Of a stretch of 64,000 nt of DNA, positions 45,212 to 55,245 are shown piece after piece (position 1 is the stretch's first letter; each line of letters starts with the position of its first letter). This stretch comes from an uncultured Gammaproteobacteria bacterium (GTDB taxonomy: Bacteria; Patescibacteriota; Microgenomatia; Daviesbacterales; UBA10151), in assembly GCA_964387865.1 (NCBI GenBank), contig CAYLXC010000001.1:50597-114596 (forward strand), written 5' to 3'. The position numbers and the translations under genes are program-made. A model generated the notes under the pieces. The model did not search any database and was not told the origin of the DNA. It worked only from the letters and a program-made list of their open reading frames with translations.

Positions 45212-46633
45212 TTATTGCAAGGCATCTGTATTAACCCCGTCCTTAAAATCAATTTCCGGGTATTTATGTAAAATATCAGAAAGAGTTTTTTTCAATTTTA
45301 CATATTCATCTGCTGTTTTTGCCTCATATTTTATAGTAAGATACGGACCATTTTGAGATGCCCTTATTACCCCCATCTCATCTTCTGTATCAAATCTTAC
45401 ACCATCAATTTCAACATAACTGGCATTAGGATATACCGCTTTTATATCTTTAGTTATTCCCTCTGATACCATTTTAAATTTAATATTATCCGGACAACCC
45501 ACTTTTATTTCCGGACTGCTATGATATTTTGGTAACTCATCGACAACTTGGTCTAAAGATTTATCTACTCTTGTAAGATATGCCAAAAGTCTTAAGGTTG
45601 CATATGCCTCATCATCATGACCATAAAAATTATCTGCAAAAAACATATGCCCGGAAAGTTCTCCTGCAAAAGGGGCTCTTTCTTCTTTAAGCTTTGCTTT
45701 AATAAATGAATGGCCTGTAATCCAAATTACCGGCTCACCACCATGTGCTTCAATTACATCCCTGGTTTGTTTTGAACAGAGCACGTTAAAAACAATTTTT
45801 GCTCCCGGCATAAAATCCAAAACATCCATAGCAAATATTGCAACCAAAGTATCATTCCAAATTAACCTCCCCTGCCCATCAACAATCCCCATCCTGTCAC
45901 CGTCAGTATCATATGAAAAACCAATATCTGCCTTCTCCTTAACCACTCTTTCTGCCAGTCTTTCTTGTACTTCCCTTTCAGTTGGATCAGCTGTTCCTAA
46001 AGGAAAGGTACCATCAAGTTCCGTGTGCTGCTCTATTACCTCACATCCTGCTTCTCTTAAAATTTTAGGCAAAAACATACCTGCTGTTCCATAAATTGTA
46101 TCAACAACAACTTTAAACTTTCCAATTTTTCCAGTCCGTCTTAATATATCTTTTTTATATTCAGGAAAAATATCAACTTTTTTATACTTTGCTTTGCGGT
46201 TAAACTTTTTAAACTGTCCGTCTTTTGCAATTTCCTTAAGTTTTTGAATCTCAATACCAGTCATTGTATCCGAAAAACCTACAGCCATTTTTATTCCGTT
46301 ATACTCTGCCGGATTATGGGAAGCTGTAATCATTACAGCTCCCTTAAAACGCAACGGGTATTGAGCAAAGTAAACAATTTGAGCCAAGGCCAATCCTATA
46401 TCAACAACATCTATCCCAGAATCTAAAAGTCCCTTAATAAATGCTTTGGAATAACTTTCAGATGTTGTCCTATTATCCCTTCCTATAACAACTTCCCAAA
46501 TCCTTCGCTGATAAAGAAATGTTGCATATGCCTTACCCAAAAGTTCCATTATATCTTCATTTAAATCCACCCCGGAAACTCCCCGAAGGTCATATCCTCT
46601 GAAAATATGGTCATTGATGGTTGCTTTAGACAT
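45212..46633 (-). CDS. phosphoglucomutase/phosphomannomutase family protein
   Basis: Active-site TASHNP (ITASHNPAEYNGIKM) and metal loop DTDGDR. Confidence 0.85.
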   Translation of the reverse strand: MSKATINDHIFRGYDLRGVSGVDLNEDIMELLGKAYATFLYQRRIWEVVIGRDNRTTSESYSKAFIKGLLDSGIDVVDIGLALAQIVYFAQYPLRFKGAVMITASHNPAEYNGIKMAVGFSDTMTGIEIQKLKEIAKDGQFKKFNRKAKYKKVDIFPEYKKDILRRTGKIGKFKVVVDTIYGTAGMFLPKILREAGCEVIEQHTELDGTFPLGTADPTEREVQERLAERVVKEKADIGFSYDTDGDRMGIVDGQGRLIWNDTLVAIFAMDVLDFMPGAKIVFNVLCSKQTRDVIEAHGGEPVIWITGHSFIKAKLKEERAPFAGELSGHMFFADNFYGHDDEAYATLRLLAYLTRVDKSLDQVVDELPKYHSSPEIKVGCPDNIKFKMVSEGITKDIKAVYPNASYVEIDGVRFDTEDEMGVIRASQNGPYLTIKYEAKTADEYVKLKKTLSDILHKYPEIDFKDGVNTDALQ

Positions 46634-46649
46634 AGCTTAAAATATTACC

Positions 46650-47135
46650 ATGAATCAGCTAATTAAGAAATTTTGGGCTTGGTATGAAAGACACTATACC
46701 ATAAATGTCACGGTTGCTGCCATTTTATTTACTCTTCAAATTGTTCATCTTTATTGGTTAACTACCCATGTTGTTATTCACAAAATTTTCGGCTTCAGCC
46801 TTTGGGATCCCACTGTTTTTTTACAGACCATAATAATTATTGTAGATTACACGGAAATCCCGGCAATTATTACAACATCTTTAGTTTATATTAATGATTT
46901 AAGAAAAGGGTTTAAAATAAAACCATCACTATACTTATTTTTTCTAGATATCCAACTACTTCACATTTTTTGGATTACGGATGAATTTGTTATAGAATCT
47001 TTCACAGGAACTGGTGGAGGAACTATATTACCCCTCTGGCTTGCCTGGATCGCCATAATGATTGACTACCTGGAACTTCCGGTAATTTTTGAAACCATCA
47101 AGAAAGCCCTTATTGCTTTAAAAAAATTCTCTTAA
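46650..47135 (+). CDS. hypothetical membrane protein (161 aa, 4 TM)
   Basis: Hydrophobic ORF with no recognised motif. Confidence 0.45.
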   Translation: MNQLIKKFWAWYERHYTINVTVAAILFTLQIVHLYWLTTHVVIHKIFGFSLWDPTVFLQTIIIIVDYTEIPAIITTSLVYINDLRKGFKIKPSLYLFFLDIQLLHIFWITDEFVIESFTGTGGGTILPLWLAWIAIMIDYLELPVIFETIKKALIALKKFS

Positions 47136-47163
47136 CCGAATATGTCTGCTTCAATGATTTAAA

Positions 47164-48456
47164 TCATTTTATGTTTGCTCTAATGATTCGTATCATATAA
47201 ATGGAGAGTCTTCTCTCATTGCGTCTTGCTCTCAAGTATATTGGAATTAAGAATAAAAGTAGTATTCCAGCTATAAACCATGAAGTCTGTATACTTGTAT
47301 TTTTTGCTATCCAACCTAAAACTACTAATCCTAGAGCTGCTCCAAACTTTCCCATCATAGAATCGAAAGATAAAACAGTGGCTCTTTGTTCTCCTGGAAT
47401 ATGCTTATTAAGATATGCTTTATGGGCAGGAGTTAGCATACCTCTTCCAATCTCATAAGTGAAAAAACTTACTAATACAACAGCAAAAATATTTGAAACG
47501 GAAGAAATTAATATTGGTACAGCCAAAAATATAGCAGTTAAGATAAGAATCCATGAGTATGCTCTCTCCTTTTTTAGAAGCATTTTAACGAGATAGCTTC
47601 CAATTATCATAAATAAACACATACCGGCCCAGACCCAACCCATTAGCCAAATTTGATTGCCAGCAAGATCATTCATTCTGGGTGACCAATACATATTAAG
47701 AGGCTGGAAAGCAAACATTGAAACTATAGAAGATAAAATCAACCAAAGTATGACTTTATGCTTTATACCATAAGTAATACTATCTTTAGCTACCTTTCCA
47801 ATTTGACCTATGTTTCCAACTAGATTAAGGGTCTTTTTTATTTTTGTGTCTTCATTTATATAAAATATAGAAACCAATAGCCCGGCAAATGCTACAACAG
47901 CACCAATTCCGAAAGGTAAGTTCAATGCTATAGCCCCTAGATATCCTCCCAATAACCCCCCTAAAAGGGCTGCTACTTTTCCAATAATTGCCGCATGGGA
48001 GAATATGAAATCTATTTTACCAATATAATTTTTTCTTTCCATAGAATCCACCATCCATGCATCCAAAGCACCTGAGGCAAAAGTAAAATGTATGGCGGCC
48101 AAAATTTCAGCCAAAATAAACATTGCAATATTTTTTGATTCAAAATAAACAAGCAAGGCAACTACTAAAAAGACAAAGCTTAATACGATAGCTTTTCTTC
48201 TCCCAAAATAATCTGCATAAGCCCCAGTCGGAATTTCAAAAATAAAATTTGCTACCATAAATACCAAATTAACTAGCATCACTTGAAAGACATCTAAACC
48301 TTTGCTTAAAAGAAATAGTACATATGTCGCAGCCGTTAAACCGACAGCAAAATCAAATAGAAAAGTTAGTAGATAATAAACTGCCCTCGTGTCTTTTGCA
48401 CGAATGCTATTTGAAAAACTACTTACTCTTTTATCCATGTTATTTAAGTGTAACAT
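47164..48456 (-). CDS. MFS transporter
   Basis: Twelve-TM pattern with the MFS loop 2-3 motif (GAYADYFGRRK). Confidence 0.75.
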   Translation of the reverse strand: MLHLNNMDKRVSSFSNSIRAKDTRAVYYLLTFLFDFAVGLTAATYVLFLLSKGLDVFQVMLVNLVFMVANFIFEIPTGAYADYFGRRKAIVLSFVFLVVALLVYFESKNIAMFILAEILAAIHFTFASGALDAWMVDSMERKNYIGKIDFIFSHAAIIGKVAALLGGLLGGYLGAIALNLPFGIGAVVAFAGLLVSIFYINEDTKIKKTLNLVGNIGQIGKVAKDSITYGIKHKVILWLILSSIVSMFAFQPLNMYWSPRMNDLAGNQIWLMGWVWAGMCLFMIIGSYLVKMLLKKERAYSWILILTAIFLAVPILISSVSNIFAVVLVSFFTYEIGRGMLTPAHKAYLNKHIPGEQRATVLSFDSMMGKFGAALGLVVLGWIAKNTSIQTSWFIAGILLLFLIPIYLRARRNERRLSIYMIRIIRANIK

Positions 48457-48944
48457 TATCTAAATATTGTTCTTTGTTTTTTCCTGACACTGACAATATG
48501 ATCATGCGGAATACAGTATCTAAATGATATACCTCTTATTTCATCCTCCAAATCTGATATTTTTTGTATTGCATCAGAAATTGTCTCCATGCTCCACTCA
48601 GGCAAGTTGGGTTTTATAAAGGTTTTCACTTTTGGAACTTTAACCTTTATCCAGTAACCAGGAAAAGGAGGGTCTTCCCTAATTGGCCCTTTATCTAAAA
48701 CACTTCTGACAATATGGTAATTTCTATCGAGTTCTACTACTCCTTTTAAAACTACTCTCCATACCCTACCTCTATGTTCAGTCAGAAGAATTCCATTACC
48801 CATATCAACTCCTAATGACAAAGCACTATTTGCTATATGCAAATACTCGGAAGGGTCAACTTCCAATTTGTGTCTTTCTATATGATCTACAACATGATCT
48901 ACACTTGAGCAAACATTTTCAAAATATAATCTTTCCATAACCAT
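48456..48944 (-). CDS. hypothetical protein (162 aa)
   Basis: ORF preceded by SD GGGAGGT + T7 + ATG, which is embedded in a terminator hairpin. GC-richer composition. Confidence 0.5.
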   Translation of the reverse strand: MVMERLYFENVCSSVDHVVDHIERHKLEVDPSEYLHIANSALSLGVDMGNGILLTEHRGRVWRVVLKGVVELDRNYHIVRSVLDKGPIREDPPFPGYWIKVKVPKVKTFIKPNLPEWSMETISDAIQKISDLEDEIRGISFRYCIPHDHIVSVRKKQRTIFR

Positions 48945-49120
48945 AAAAAAACCTCCCTTTTGGGAGGCTTCTGTGAATTTATTAAAATCTTCTTAGATTA
49001 AGACTTATTTACCACAGGAATAAACCTCCCACTTGAGAGGTACCAATAAGCACACGAAAAGTTGTCATTTAAAATTTTCATACTTTAATCATTGTAACAT
49101 AAAGAAAATTAACTTGTCAA
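48945..49120 (-). promoter_or_regulatory. leader with promoter (TTGACA-18-TACAAT, plus-strand coordinates 49091-49120), 27-aa leader ORF (48998-49081), hairpin A and terminator B (gcctccc-aaaa-gggaggt + U7) whose 3' arm is the SD
   Basis: Read from the minus strand. It has the same architecture as the three units at 11.1-12.4 kb. Leader peptide: MKILNDNFSCAYWYLSSGRFIPVVNKS. Confidence 0.45.
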
Positions 49121-49133
49121 CTATGGGGTATAT

Positions 49134-49394
49134 TTAAGTAGATACTGAGACAAACTTCCAAGGTTCTTTTTTACTCTTAGTTTCTTCTGCTTTTACTACC
49201 TTTTTACCTTCTTCTAAAAGATCTTTAACTAACTCATCATTTATTTCATTCAGTTTTTTATCTGTTGCAGAGAAAGGCACTACTGAAGCATTTGAAGAAT
49301 AAAAATTCTTAGAGTCTTCAGGATGTGAAGCTAGATAATCAGTTAACTTTACTGTTAAATCCATATTTTTAACTGCTTGTTGTTTTTTACTCAT
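49134..49394 (-). CDS. hypothetical small protein (86 aa)
   Basis: ORF between rpsI and the leader. Lys/Glu-rich C-terminus. Confidence 0.4.
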   Translation of the reverse strand: MSKKQQAVKNMDLTVKLTDYLASHPEDSKNFYSSNASVVPFSATDKKLNEINDELVKDLLEEGKKVVKAEETKSKKEPWKFVSVST

Positions 49395-49475
49395 ATATCA
49401 TTAATAATACACAAAAAATATTAAGAATTCAATAATTAATTAGTAAGGTTGATCAGATAAAATTCAATAGGGAGG

Positions 49476-49871
49476 TTACCTCTTTGGAGATTGTTTTTTA
49501 GCCCTTGCTTTTCCTGCATTACCATATTTTCTTCTTTCTTTAACCCTTGCATCACGAGTTAAGTAACCCTCTTTTTTTAAACTTACACGTAGTGATGGTT
49601 CAGCTTTTACAATAGCCCTTGCTATTCCATGTATAACTGCCTCAAGTTGAGAAACTCTCCCCCCACCTTCCACTTTTACTGAAATACTATATTTACCAAT
49701 AGTTTTAGTAATCTCTAATGGTCTTGTATAAAGTTTTTGGAAAATTGACCCCAAAAAATATTCTGAAATAGGCTTTCCGTTAACAGTAGTTTGACCATTT
49801 CCGGATATTAGTCTCACCCTTGCAATTGCTTCTTTTCTTCTGCCTACTGTGTTTATAAAAGATTCAGCCAC
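49476..49871 (-). CDS. rpsI: 30S ribosomal protein S9
   Basis: C-terminal ...GKARAKKQSPKR and conserved S9 core. Confidence 0.9.
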   Translation of the reverse strand: MAESFINTVGRRKEAIARVRLISGNGQTTVNGKPISEYFLGSIFQKLYTRPLEITKTIGKYSISVKVEGGGRVSQLEAVIHGIARAIVKAEPSLRVSLKKEGYLTRDARVKERRKYGNAGKARAKKQSPKR

Positions 49872-50269
49872 TAAATTACTGCCTCCTCCCCTCTATATAC
49901 TCTTAACTTTTTTATCATTTGCCTTCCCAATCTACTGTGAGGTAACATACCTTTTACGGCATGTTCAATTATATACTCAGGTCTTCTTTCAATAAGTTTA
50001 TCAAACTTTTCAACCTTTAAACCTCCCGGATAACCTGAATGTCTCATATAAATCTTTGTCTGATACTTCTTACCGGAAACTTTTATCTTACTGGCATTTT
50101 TTACAACCACAAAATCTCCTGTATCTAAATAAGGTACATATGAAGCCTTATTTTTTCCCATTAAAATAGTAGCAACTTCTGTTGCTAGCCTTCCCAAAAT
50201 TTTTCCAGATGCATCAATTACGTGCTTTGCTCTTTTTATATCTTTTGCTGATAAAACATTAGTACTCAT
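49871..50269 (-). CDS. rplM: 50S ribosomal protein L13
   Basis: L13 N-terminal pattern ([13 protein letters not shown]). Confidence 0.9.
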   Translation of the reverse strand: MSTNVLSAKDIKRAKHVIDASGKILGRLATEVATILMGKNKASYVPYLDTGDFVVVKNASKIKVSGKKYQTKIYMRHSGYPGGLKVEKFDKLIERRPEYIIEHAVKGMLPHSRLGRQMIKKLRVYRGEEAVI

Positions 50270-50297
50270 AATAGAATAAAACTGTTAGAATTATGAA

Positions 50298-50810
50298 TTA
50301 AGCTTTTTTACTCCTTCCTCGTGATTTAATCTTAGGAGAAATGACTTTGGGCTTTGATGTTTTCACAGACACTCCTCTACTTACATCTTTAGTATTTTTC
50401 TCTTCTTTGCTTAATTCTTTATTCTTAATTCTTAATTCTTTTTCCAAAGGTTTCAGCTCCTCTGCTCCAATTAAGCTCATTTTTACCATCATTGTTTGAT
50501 CTCCAAATCTAGTTCCCAATCTTACCAATGATGTGTACCCGGAATTTCTATTAGCTAATTTTGGCACAATCTCTTTAATTAATCTTTCCCTTAAATTTTT
50601 ATCATTAAGAAAAGTCTGCAACCTAGATTGAGTATTTTTTTCTTTTGCAAGATTTACAACCTTATCAACTAAACCTTTAATTGCTTTTGCCTTAGCTTCC
50701 GAGGTCTGGATAGTTCCGTAAGTAAAAAGGGATTGCACTAAACCCTTAAAAAGAGTGTCTCTTTGATCTTTATTTCTACCAAGGTGTTTACCATAAACTC
50801 TATGCCTCAC
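50298..50810 (-). CDS. rplQ: 50S ribosomal protein L17 (with Lys-rich C-terminal extension)
   Basis: MRHRVYGKHLGRNKDQRDTLFKGL L17 signature. Confidence 0.9.
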   Translation of the reverse strand: MRHRVYGKHLGRNKDQRDTLFKGLVQSLFTYGTIQTSEAKAKAIKGLVDKVVNLAKEKNTQSRLQTFLNDKNLRERLIKEIVPKLANRNSGYTSLVRLGTRFGDQTMMVKMSLIGAEELKPLEKELRIKNKELSKEEKNTKDVSRGVSVKTSKPKVISPKIKSRGRSKKA

Positions 50811-51705
50811 TAAGAGTCAACCCCCTTTCAGAAAGCTTTTCTGAAATTAGACTTAATGATTTGGTACCTAAATTTTTAGCTTTTAAAAGTTGAGGTTTCG
50901 GAATATTTATTAAATCCTCAATTGTATTTATCTCAATTGCCTTCAAAGCATTTGTAATACGTACAGGCAAATCCAATTCTTCTATTGTAAGTTTTAAAGT
51001 TTCCTCAGAAATTTTTGATCCCTCTTCTTTAATCTCCTCTTCCATATCAGGTTCATAAACTTTCTTAAAAGTTTCTGATAAAATTTTTGATGCCTCATTT
51101 AAAGCGTCAAGCGGTGTAACAGCTCCATTAGTTGTAATGTCCAAAGTCAATTTATCAAAATCCGCCTTTCTTCCAACTCTGGTTGGATCAACAGAATAAT
51201 TTACGGCAACAACAGGAGAAAATAGCGAATCAATTGAAATTACTCCTATCTCATTTATTTTCCTCTCATCTGCAACTGAATAACCTTTACCAACTTCTGC
51301 TGTTGCTTCCATATTTAATTTAGATTTGGAATCTGTAAGAGTTGCAATTACTTGATCTCCATTTACTATTTCCCCGTCCCCCTCTATCTCAAAATCCGAA
51401 GCTTTTACAACTTTTTTGCCTGATGCTTTAACAGTCAATTTTATCCCTTTTTCTGAATGAATTTGAAGGCGAACCTTTTTTAAATTTAAAATTATTTCAA
51501 TTACATCTTCCAAGATTCCATCAATTGTTGAAAATTGATGTGAAACTCCATCAATTTTTACAGAAGTTATAGCAGCACCCTTAAGGGATGCGAGCAGTAC
51601 CCTCCTTAGACTGTTTCCCAAAGTATGACCAAAACCCTCCTCTAAAGGTTCAAGTACGATCTTTGCAAAATTATCTTTTTCAACTACTATCTTTACTTTA
51701 AACAT
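50800..51705 (-). CDS. rpoA: DNA-directed RNA polymerase subunit alpha
   Basis: N-terminal domain plus alpha-CTD. The start is reset to the ATG at 51705 (MFKVKIV...); the table extension to 51744 runs through an intergenic hairpin. Confidence 0.85.
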   Translation of the reverse strand: MFKVKIVVEKDNFAKIVLEPLEEGFGHTLGNSLRRVLLASLKGAAITSVKIDGVSHQFSTIDGILEDVIEIILNLKKVRLQIHSEKGIKLTVKASGKKVVKASDFEIEGDGEIVNGDQVIATLTDSKSKLNMEATAEVGKGYSVADERKINEIGVISIDSLFSPVVAVNYSVDPTRVGRKADFDKLTLDITTNGAVTPLDALNEASKILSETFKKVYEPDMEEEIKEEGSKISEETLKLTIEELDLPVRITNALKAIEINTIEDLINIPKPQLLKAKNLGTKSLSLISEKLSERGLTLSEA

Positions 51706-51795
51706 ATCGTTCCTTCTGTCATTCCTGCGAAAGCAGGAATCCATACAAATAATTATTATATGGATCCCGTATCAAGTACGGGATGACGTTTCATG

Positions 51796-52398
51796 TCATC
51801 TTGAATAATATTCAACAATCAACTGCTCATCAATTGATTGTTCCATCTCATCTCTTGTAGGAATTCTTAAAACCCTGCCTATTGTAGCTTTTCTTTCAAG
51901 CCACTCTGGCAAGGTTTCAATTTCCTCCAGGCTGCTTTTAATTTGAGTATTATCTCTTAATTTATCAGATAATGCAATAGTTTGACCTATCCTTACCTGA
52001 AAGGATGGGAAAGCTACCTTTTTGTCATCTATCCTAATATGGCCATGTGTTACAAGTTGTCTTGCCCCAGCTCTGCTTTTGGTAAAACCTAATTTATAAA
52101 CAATATTATCTAGTCTTGTTTCCAAAGCTTGTAATAAACTTAATCCTGTTGCGCCCTTAACTTTAGAAGCCTTTTGAACATATCCCTTAAACTGTTTCTC
52201 CAATATTCCATATAATCTTTTTGCTTTTTGTTTCTCGCGAAGCTGTAAACCGTATTCGGATACGCGTCTTCGCATTCTTGCACCATGTTGTCCAGGAGGT
52301 ACTGCCCCTTTTCTCTCCAACGCCTTTACATCCTTTGTAAATAAGGGTAAACCTTCACGTCTACTTAATCTTCGTTTTGGTCCAGTATACCTAGCCAT
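51796..52398 (-). CDS. rpsD: 30S ribosomal protein S4
   Basis: MARYTGPKRRLSRREG N-terminus. Confidence 0.9.
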   Translation of the reverse strand: MARYTGPKRRLSRREGLPLFTKDVKALERKGAVPPGQHGARMRRRVSEYGLQLREKQKAKRLYGILEKQFKGYVQKASKVKGATGLSLLQALETRLDNIVYKLGFTKSRAGARQLVTHGHIRIDDKKVAFPSFQVRIGQTIALSDKLRDNTQIKSSLEEIETLPEWLERKATIGRVLRIPTRDEMEQSIDEQLIVEYYSR

Positions 52399-52524
52399 TT
52401 TTATTTGGACTTTTCTGAATTTCCTTTTTCAATGATTTAGGTTTATCTCACGAAAAGTCCAGTTCTACCTCCTTCTTGTCATTTATTTTTTTAATTCTTT
52501 ATTCATAATTCTTAATTCATAATT

Positions 52525-52923
52525 CTAAACGCGTCTGCGTTTTTTTGGTCTTGGTCCATTATGTGGAATTGGCGTCACATCAGCAATCATTGTTATATTT
52601 ATTCCTGCAGACCTTAAAGCTTTAATTGTTGCATCTCTTCCTGATCCAGGACCTTTTATATACACTTCACAACTACTCATCCCAAAACCTTTGGCTTTTT
52701 GTGCAACTGTCTCCATGGCAGAGATTGCAGCAAAAGGGGTTGCTTTTCTTGCCCCCTTAAATCCGGATCCGCCGGATGATCCCCATGCAAGAGTATTACC
52801 TTGAGAATCAGTTAAAGTTACCAAAGTATTATTAAAAGTTGCAGTCACATATACTCTACCGGATGTTAACTTCCGTTCTACTACCTTCTTTGTTGGTCTA
52901 GATTTTATTTGTTTCTTAGTCAT
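52525..52923 (-). CDS. rpsK: 30S ribosomal protein S11
   Basis: Conserved S11 core (TFNNTLVTLTD...GSS). Confidence 0.9.
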   Translation of the reverse strand: MTKKQIKSRPTKKVVERKLTSGRVYVTATFNNTLVTLTDSQGNTLAWGSSGGSGFKGARKATPFAAISAMETVAQKAKGFGMSSCEVYIKGPGSGRDATIKALRSAGINITMIADVTPIPHNGPRPKKRRRV

Positions 52924-52963
52924 AATATTGTTCCATCTCCTTCATGTTATCCTCTCACCTAAT

Positions 52964-53407
52964 TTATTTAACTCCTCCTTCTACACTCTTAACCTCTTCC
53001 GTTGTCTTTACTGCTGTTGGTCCGCCCATTTTCTCAACTGCTTCTTTTCTGAGAGTACCAACGGTTTTTCTTTTACCTCTTTTTGTTCTGGCATTTGATC
53101 TGGTTCTTTGGCCTCTTGAGGGTAAACCTCTCCTGTGTCTTAAACCCCTATAACTTCCAATCTCCTCAAGCCTTTTTATATTTTGTTCAACTTCCTGCCT
53201 TAAATCTCCCTCCACTTTAATTTGCTCAACAGCTTTTTGAAGTTTTTTTACTTCTTCCTCAGTTAAATCCTTAATTCTTTTTGCTCCATCAACTCCGGAA
53301 TCTTTAATTATCCCAACCACGTTTGACCTCCCTATACCAAATATATAGGTAAGCCCAATATCAACTCGTTTTTGTTCCGGCAAATCAACTCCAGCTATAC
53401 GTGCCAT
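52964..53407 (-). CDS. rpsM: 30S ribosomal protein S13 (C-terminal basic extension)
   Basis: [11 protein letters not shown]-terminus. Confidence 0.9.
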   Translation of the reverse strand: MARIAGVDLPEQKRVDIGLTYIFGIGRSNVVGIIKDSGVDGAKRIKDLTEEEVKKLQKAVEQIKVEGDLRQEVEQNIKRLEEIGSYRGLRHRRGLPSRGQRTRSNARTKRGKRKTVGTLRKEAVEKMGGPTAVKTTEEVKSVEGGVK

Positions 53408-53412
53408 TAGAC

Positions 53413-53447
53413 AATTCTCCTTTTTTGATATTTGATATTTGATATTT
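53413..53447. repeat. heptanucleotide tandem repeat (gatattt)x5 in the rpmJ-rpsM spacer
   Basis: 'ttgatatttgatatttgatatttgatatttgaaatt' read directly from the sequence. Confidence 0.8.
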
Positions 53448-53464
53448 GATATTTGAAATTCATA

Positions 53465-53581
53465 TTATCCTTGTCTCTGTTTATGCCTCGGGTCACGAGG
53501 GCATATAACATACAACACGCCTTCGCGCTTTACTATTTTGCAAAATTTACATCTTGTTTTTATGCTTGCCTGTACTTTCAT
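53465..53581 (-). CDS. rpmJ: 50S ribosomal protein L36
   Basis: Minus-strand [41 protein letters not shown] (38 aa). Zinc-ribbon L36 consensus. Not in the table because of the size cutoff. Confidence 0.85.
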   Translation of the reverse strand: MKVQASIKTRCKFCKIVKREGVLYVICPRDPRHKQRQG

Positions 53582-53641
53582 AGTTAAGTTAAAAGTAGAA
53601 AGTTTAAAGTAAAAAAATTTTTCCTTTTTACTTTTGCCTTT

Positions 53642-53884
53642 TTACTTTAATCTAAATGTAATCCTCCCTTTATCCAAATCATACTGCGGACTCATCTCAA
53701 CCCTTACCCTATCTCCTTCCAAAAGCCTGATGTAGTGCATCCTCATTTTACCCGAGATATGGCACAAAATCACTCTGCCTACTAATTCAGGCAGTTTGGA
53801 ACTTTCCTCAATCTCGACTCTAAACAAGGTATTGGGTAAAACCTCTTGGACTTTACCCGCAATCTCTATTACATCCTTAGCCAT
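53642..53884 (-). CDS. infA: translation initiation factor IF-1
   Basis: S1-like OB fold ([12 protein letters not shown]...FRVE...). Confidence 0.9.
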   Translation of the reverse strand: MAKDVIEIAGKVQEVLPNTLFRVEIEESSKLPELVGRVILCHISGKMRMHYIRLLEGDRVRVEMSPQYDLDKGRITFRLK

Positions 53885-53941
53885 ATGTTTTTTGGATCGT
53901 ATGATTGTATCAGAACCAACCTACAAATACAACCCATAGCA

Positions 53942-54715
53942 TTAATCTTCCAAAGACGTCAAAACTTTAGCACTTTCTCTACCCACAATAACCGTCATTT
54001 CAAAAAGGCCACCCCATGACTTATCTGCAGCAGAGTATGTCCATCCATCCTCTGATAAAACTACATCCGGTGATCCTTTCGTATAAATAACCTCAAGCGC
54101 TAAACTCATCCCGACTTTTAGAATTGGACCCTTATTTTTTTCTCCATAACCTGGAATTTCAGGTTCCTCATGCAAACTCCTGCCTACCCCGTGTCCAACC
54201 AAAGCTCTGACAATACTATACCTTGCCCCTTCTACTCTACTTTGTATAGCATTTGAAATATCTCCAACCCTGTTTCCATCTAAAGCCTTTGAAACCCCAT
54301 CCCACAAAGCCTTCTCTCCAGTATTCAAAAACCTTTCCTTTTCATCATACTTTCCCCTTTCCCCTTTCCCCTTTCCCCTAACCAATACACTCCACGCACA
54401 ATCTGTATGCCAACCCTTAAAACTTACTGCCAAATCAACTGAAACCAAATCCCCCTCCTCAAATTTTCTATCAGTTGGTATACCATGTACAACTTTCTCA
54501 TTTACCGTAATACAAGTTGCATATTTATATCCAGCTACACTCTTGTAAGATAAATCGCCGCCTAATCTATAAATCTCTTCTTGAGCAATCCTATCAACTT
54601 CAAGTTCTGAAACCCCTACCTTTATTGATTCCAAGGACTTTCTTAAAGCAGAGGATGCAATCTTGCCACTTTTTCTCATAAGCTTTAATTCATATTTGTT
54701 TAATCTTCTAATCAT
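53942..54715 (-). CDS. map: type I methionine aminopeptidase
   Basis: Pita-bread fold with metal ligands (D..D, H, E, E). Confidence 0.85.
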   Translation of the reverse strand: MIRRLNKYELKLMRKSGKIASSALRKSLESIKVGVSELEVDRIAQEEIYRLGGDLSYKSVAGYKYATCITVNEKVVHGIPTDRKFEEGDLVSVDLAVSFKGWHTDCAWSVLVRGKGKGERGKYDEKERFLNTGEKALWDGVSKALDGNRVGDISNAIQSRVEGARYSIVRALVGHGVGRSLHEEPEIPGYGEKNKGPILKVGMSLALEVIYTKGSPDVVLSEDGWTYSAADKSWGGLFEMTVIVGRESAKVLTSLED

Positions 54716-55245
54716 TTAGACAAATTTGATCTTAATCTTTTCTGGATTGCATCCACCTCCCCCACCCCATCTATTTCAACTAATATTCCCTTATTTTTGT
54801 AGTATTCAAGTAATGGTTGCGTTTGCAGATAATAAAGTCCCAACCTTGTTCTGATTAATTCTTCGCTGTCATCTTCCCTGCCTCTTTTTAAAAGCCTTTC
54901 TAACACCACATCTTCCGCTACTTTTAAATAAAATACTTTATTAAAATTTGGATCAAAAGTTTTAAGCTGTACAATATTTCTGGGATAACCATCCATAATA
55001 AAACCGTTCTTGCAATCCTCCTTCTTTAACCTTTCCTGAACTATCTTGGATGTTGTCTCATCATTAATAAGTCTACCTTCATCCAAAATCTGCTTTACAC
55101 TTTTACCCTGATCTGTGTCCTGATTTGACAAATTTCTAAAAATATCTCCTGTACTTACAAGGGGAACTTTTAGAAATTGCGATAATAATTTTGCCTGAGT
55201 GGACTTACCCGATCCCTGAGAACCAATAAGTAGTACTTTTGTCAT
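54712..55245 (-). CDS. adk: adenylate kinase (short form without zinc lid)
   Basis: P-loop [10 protein letters not shown]. Confidence 0.85.
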   Translation of the reverse strand: MTKVLLIGSQGSGKSTQAKLLSQFLKVPLVSTGDIFRNLSNQDTDQGKSVKQILDEGRLINDETTSKIVQERLKKEDCKNGFIMDGYPRNIVQLKTFDPNFNKVFYLKVAEDVVLERLLKRGREDDSEELIRTRLGLYYLQTQPLLEYYKNKGILVEIDGVGEVDAIQKRLRSNLSK

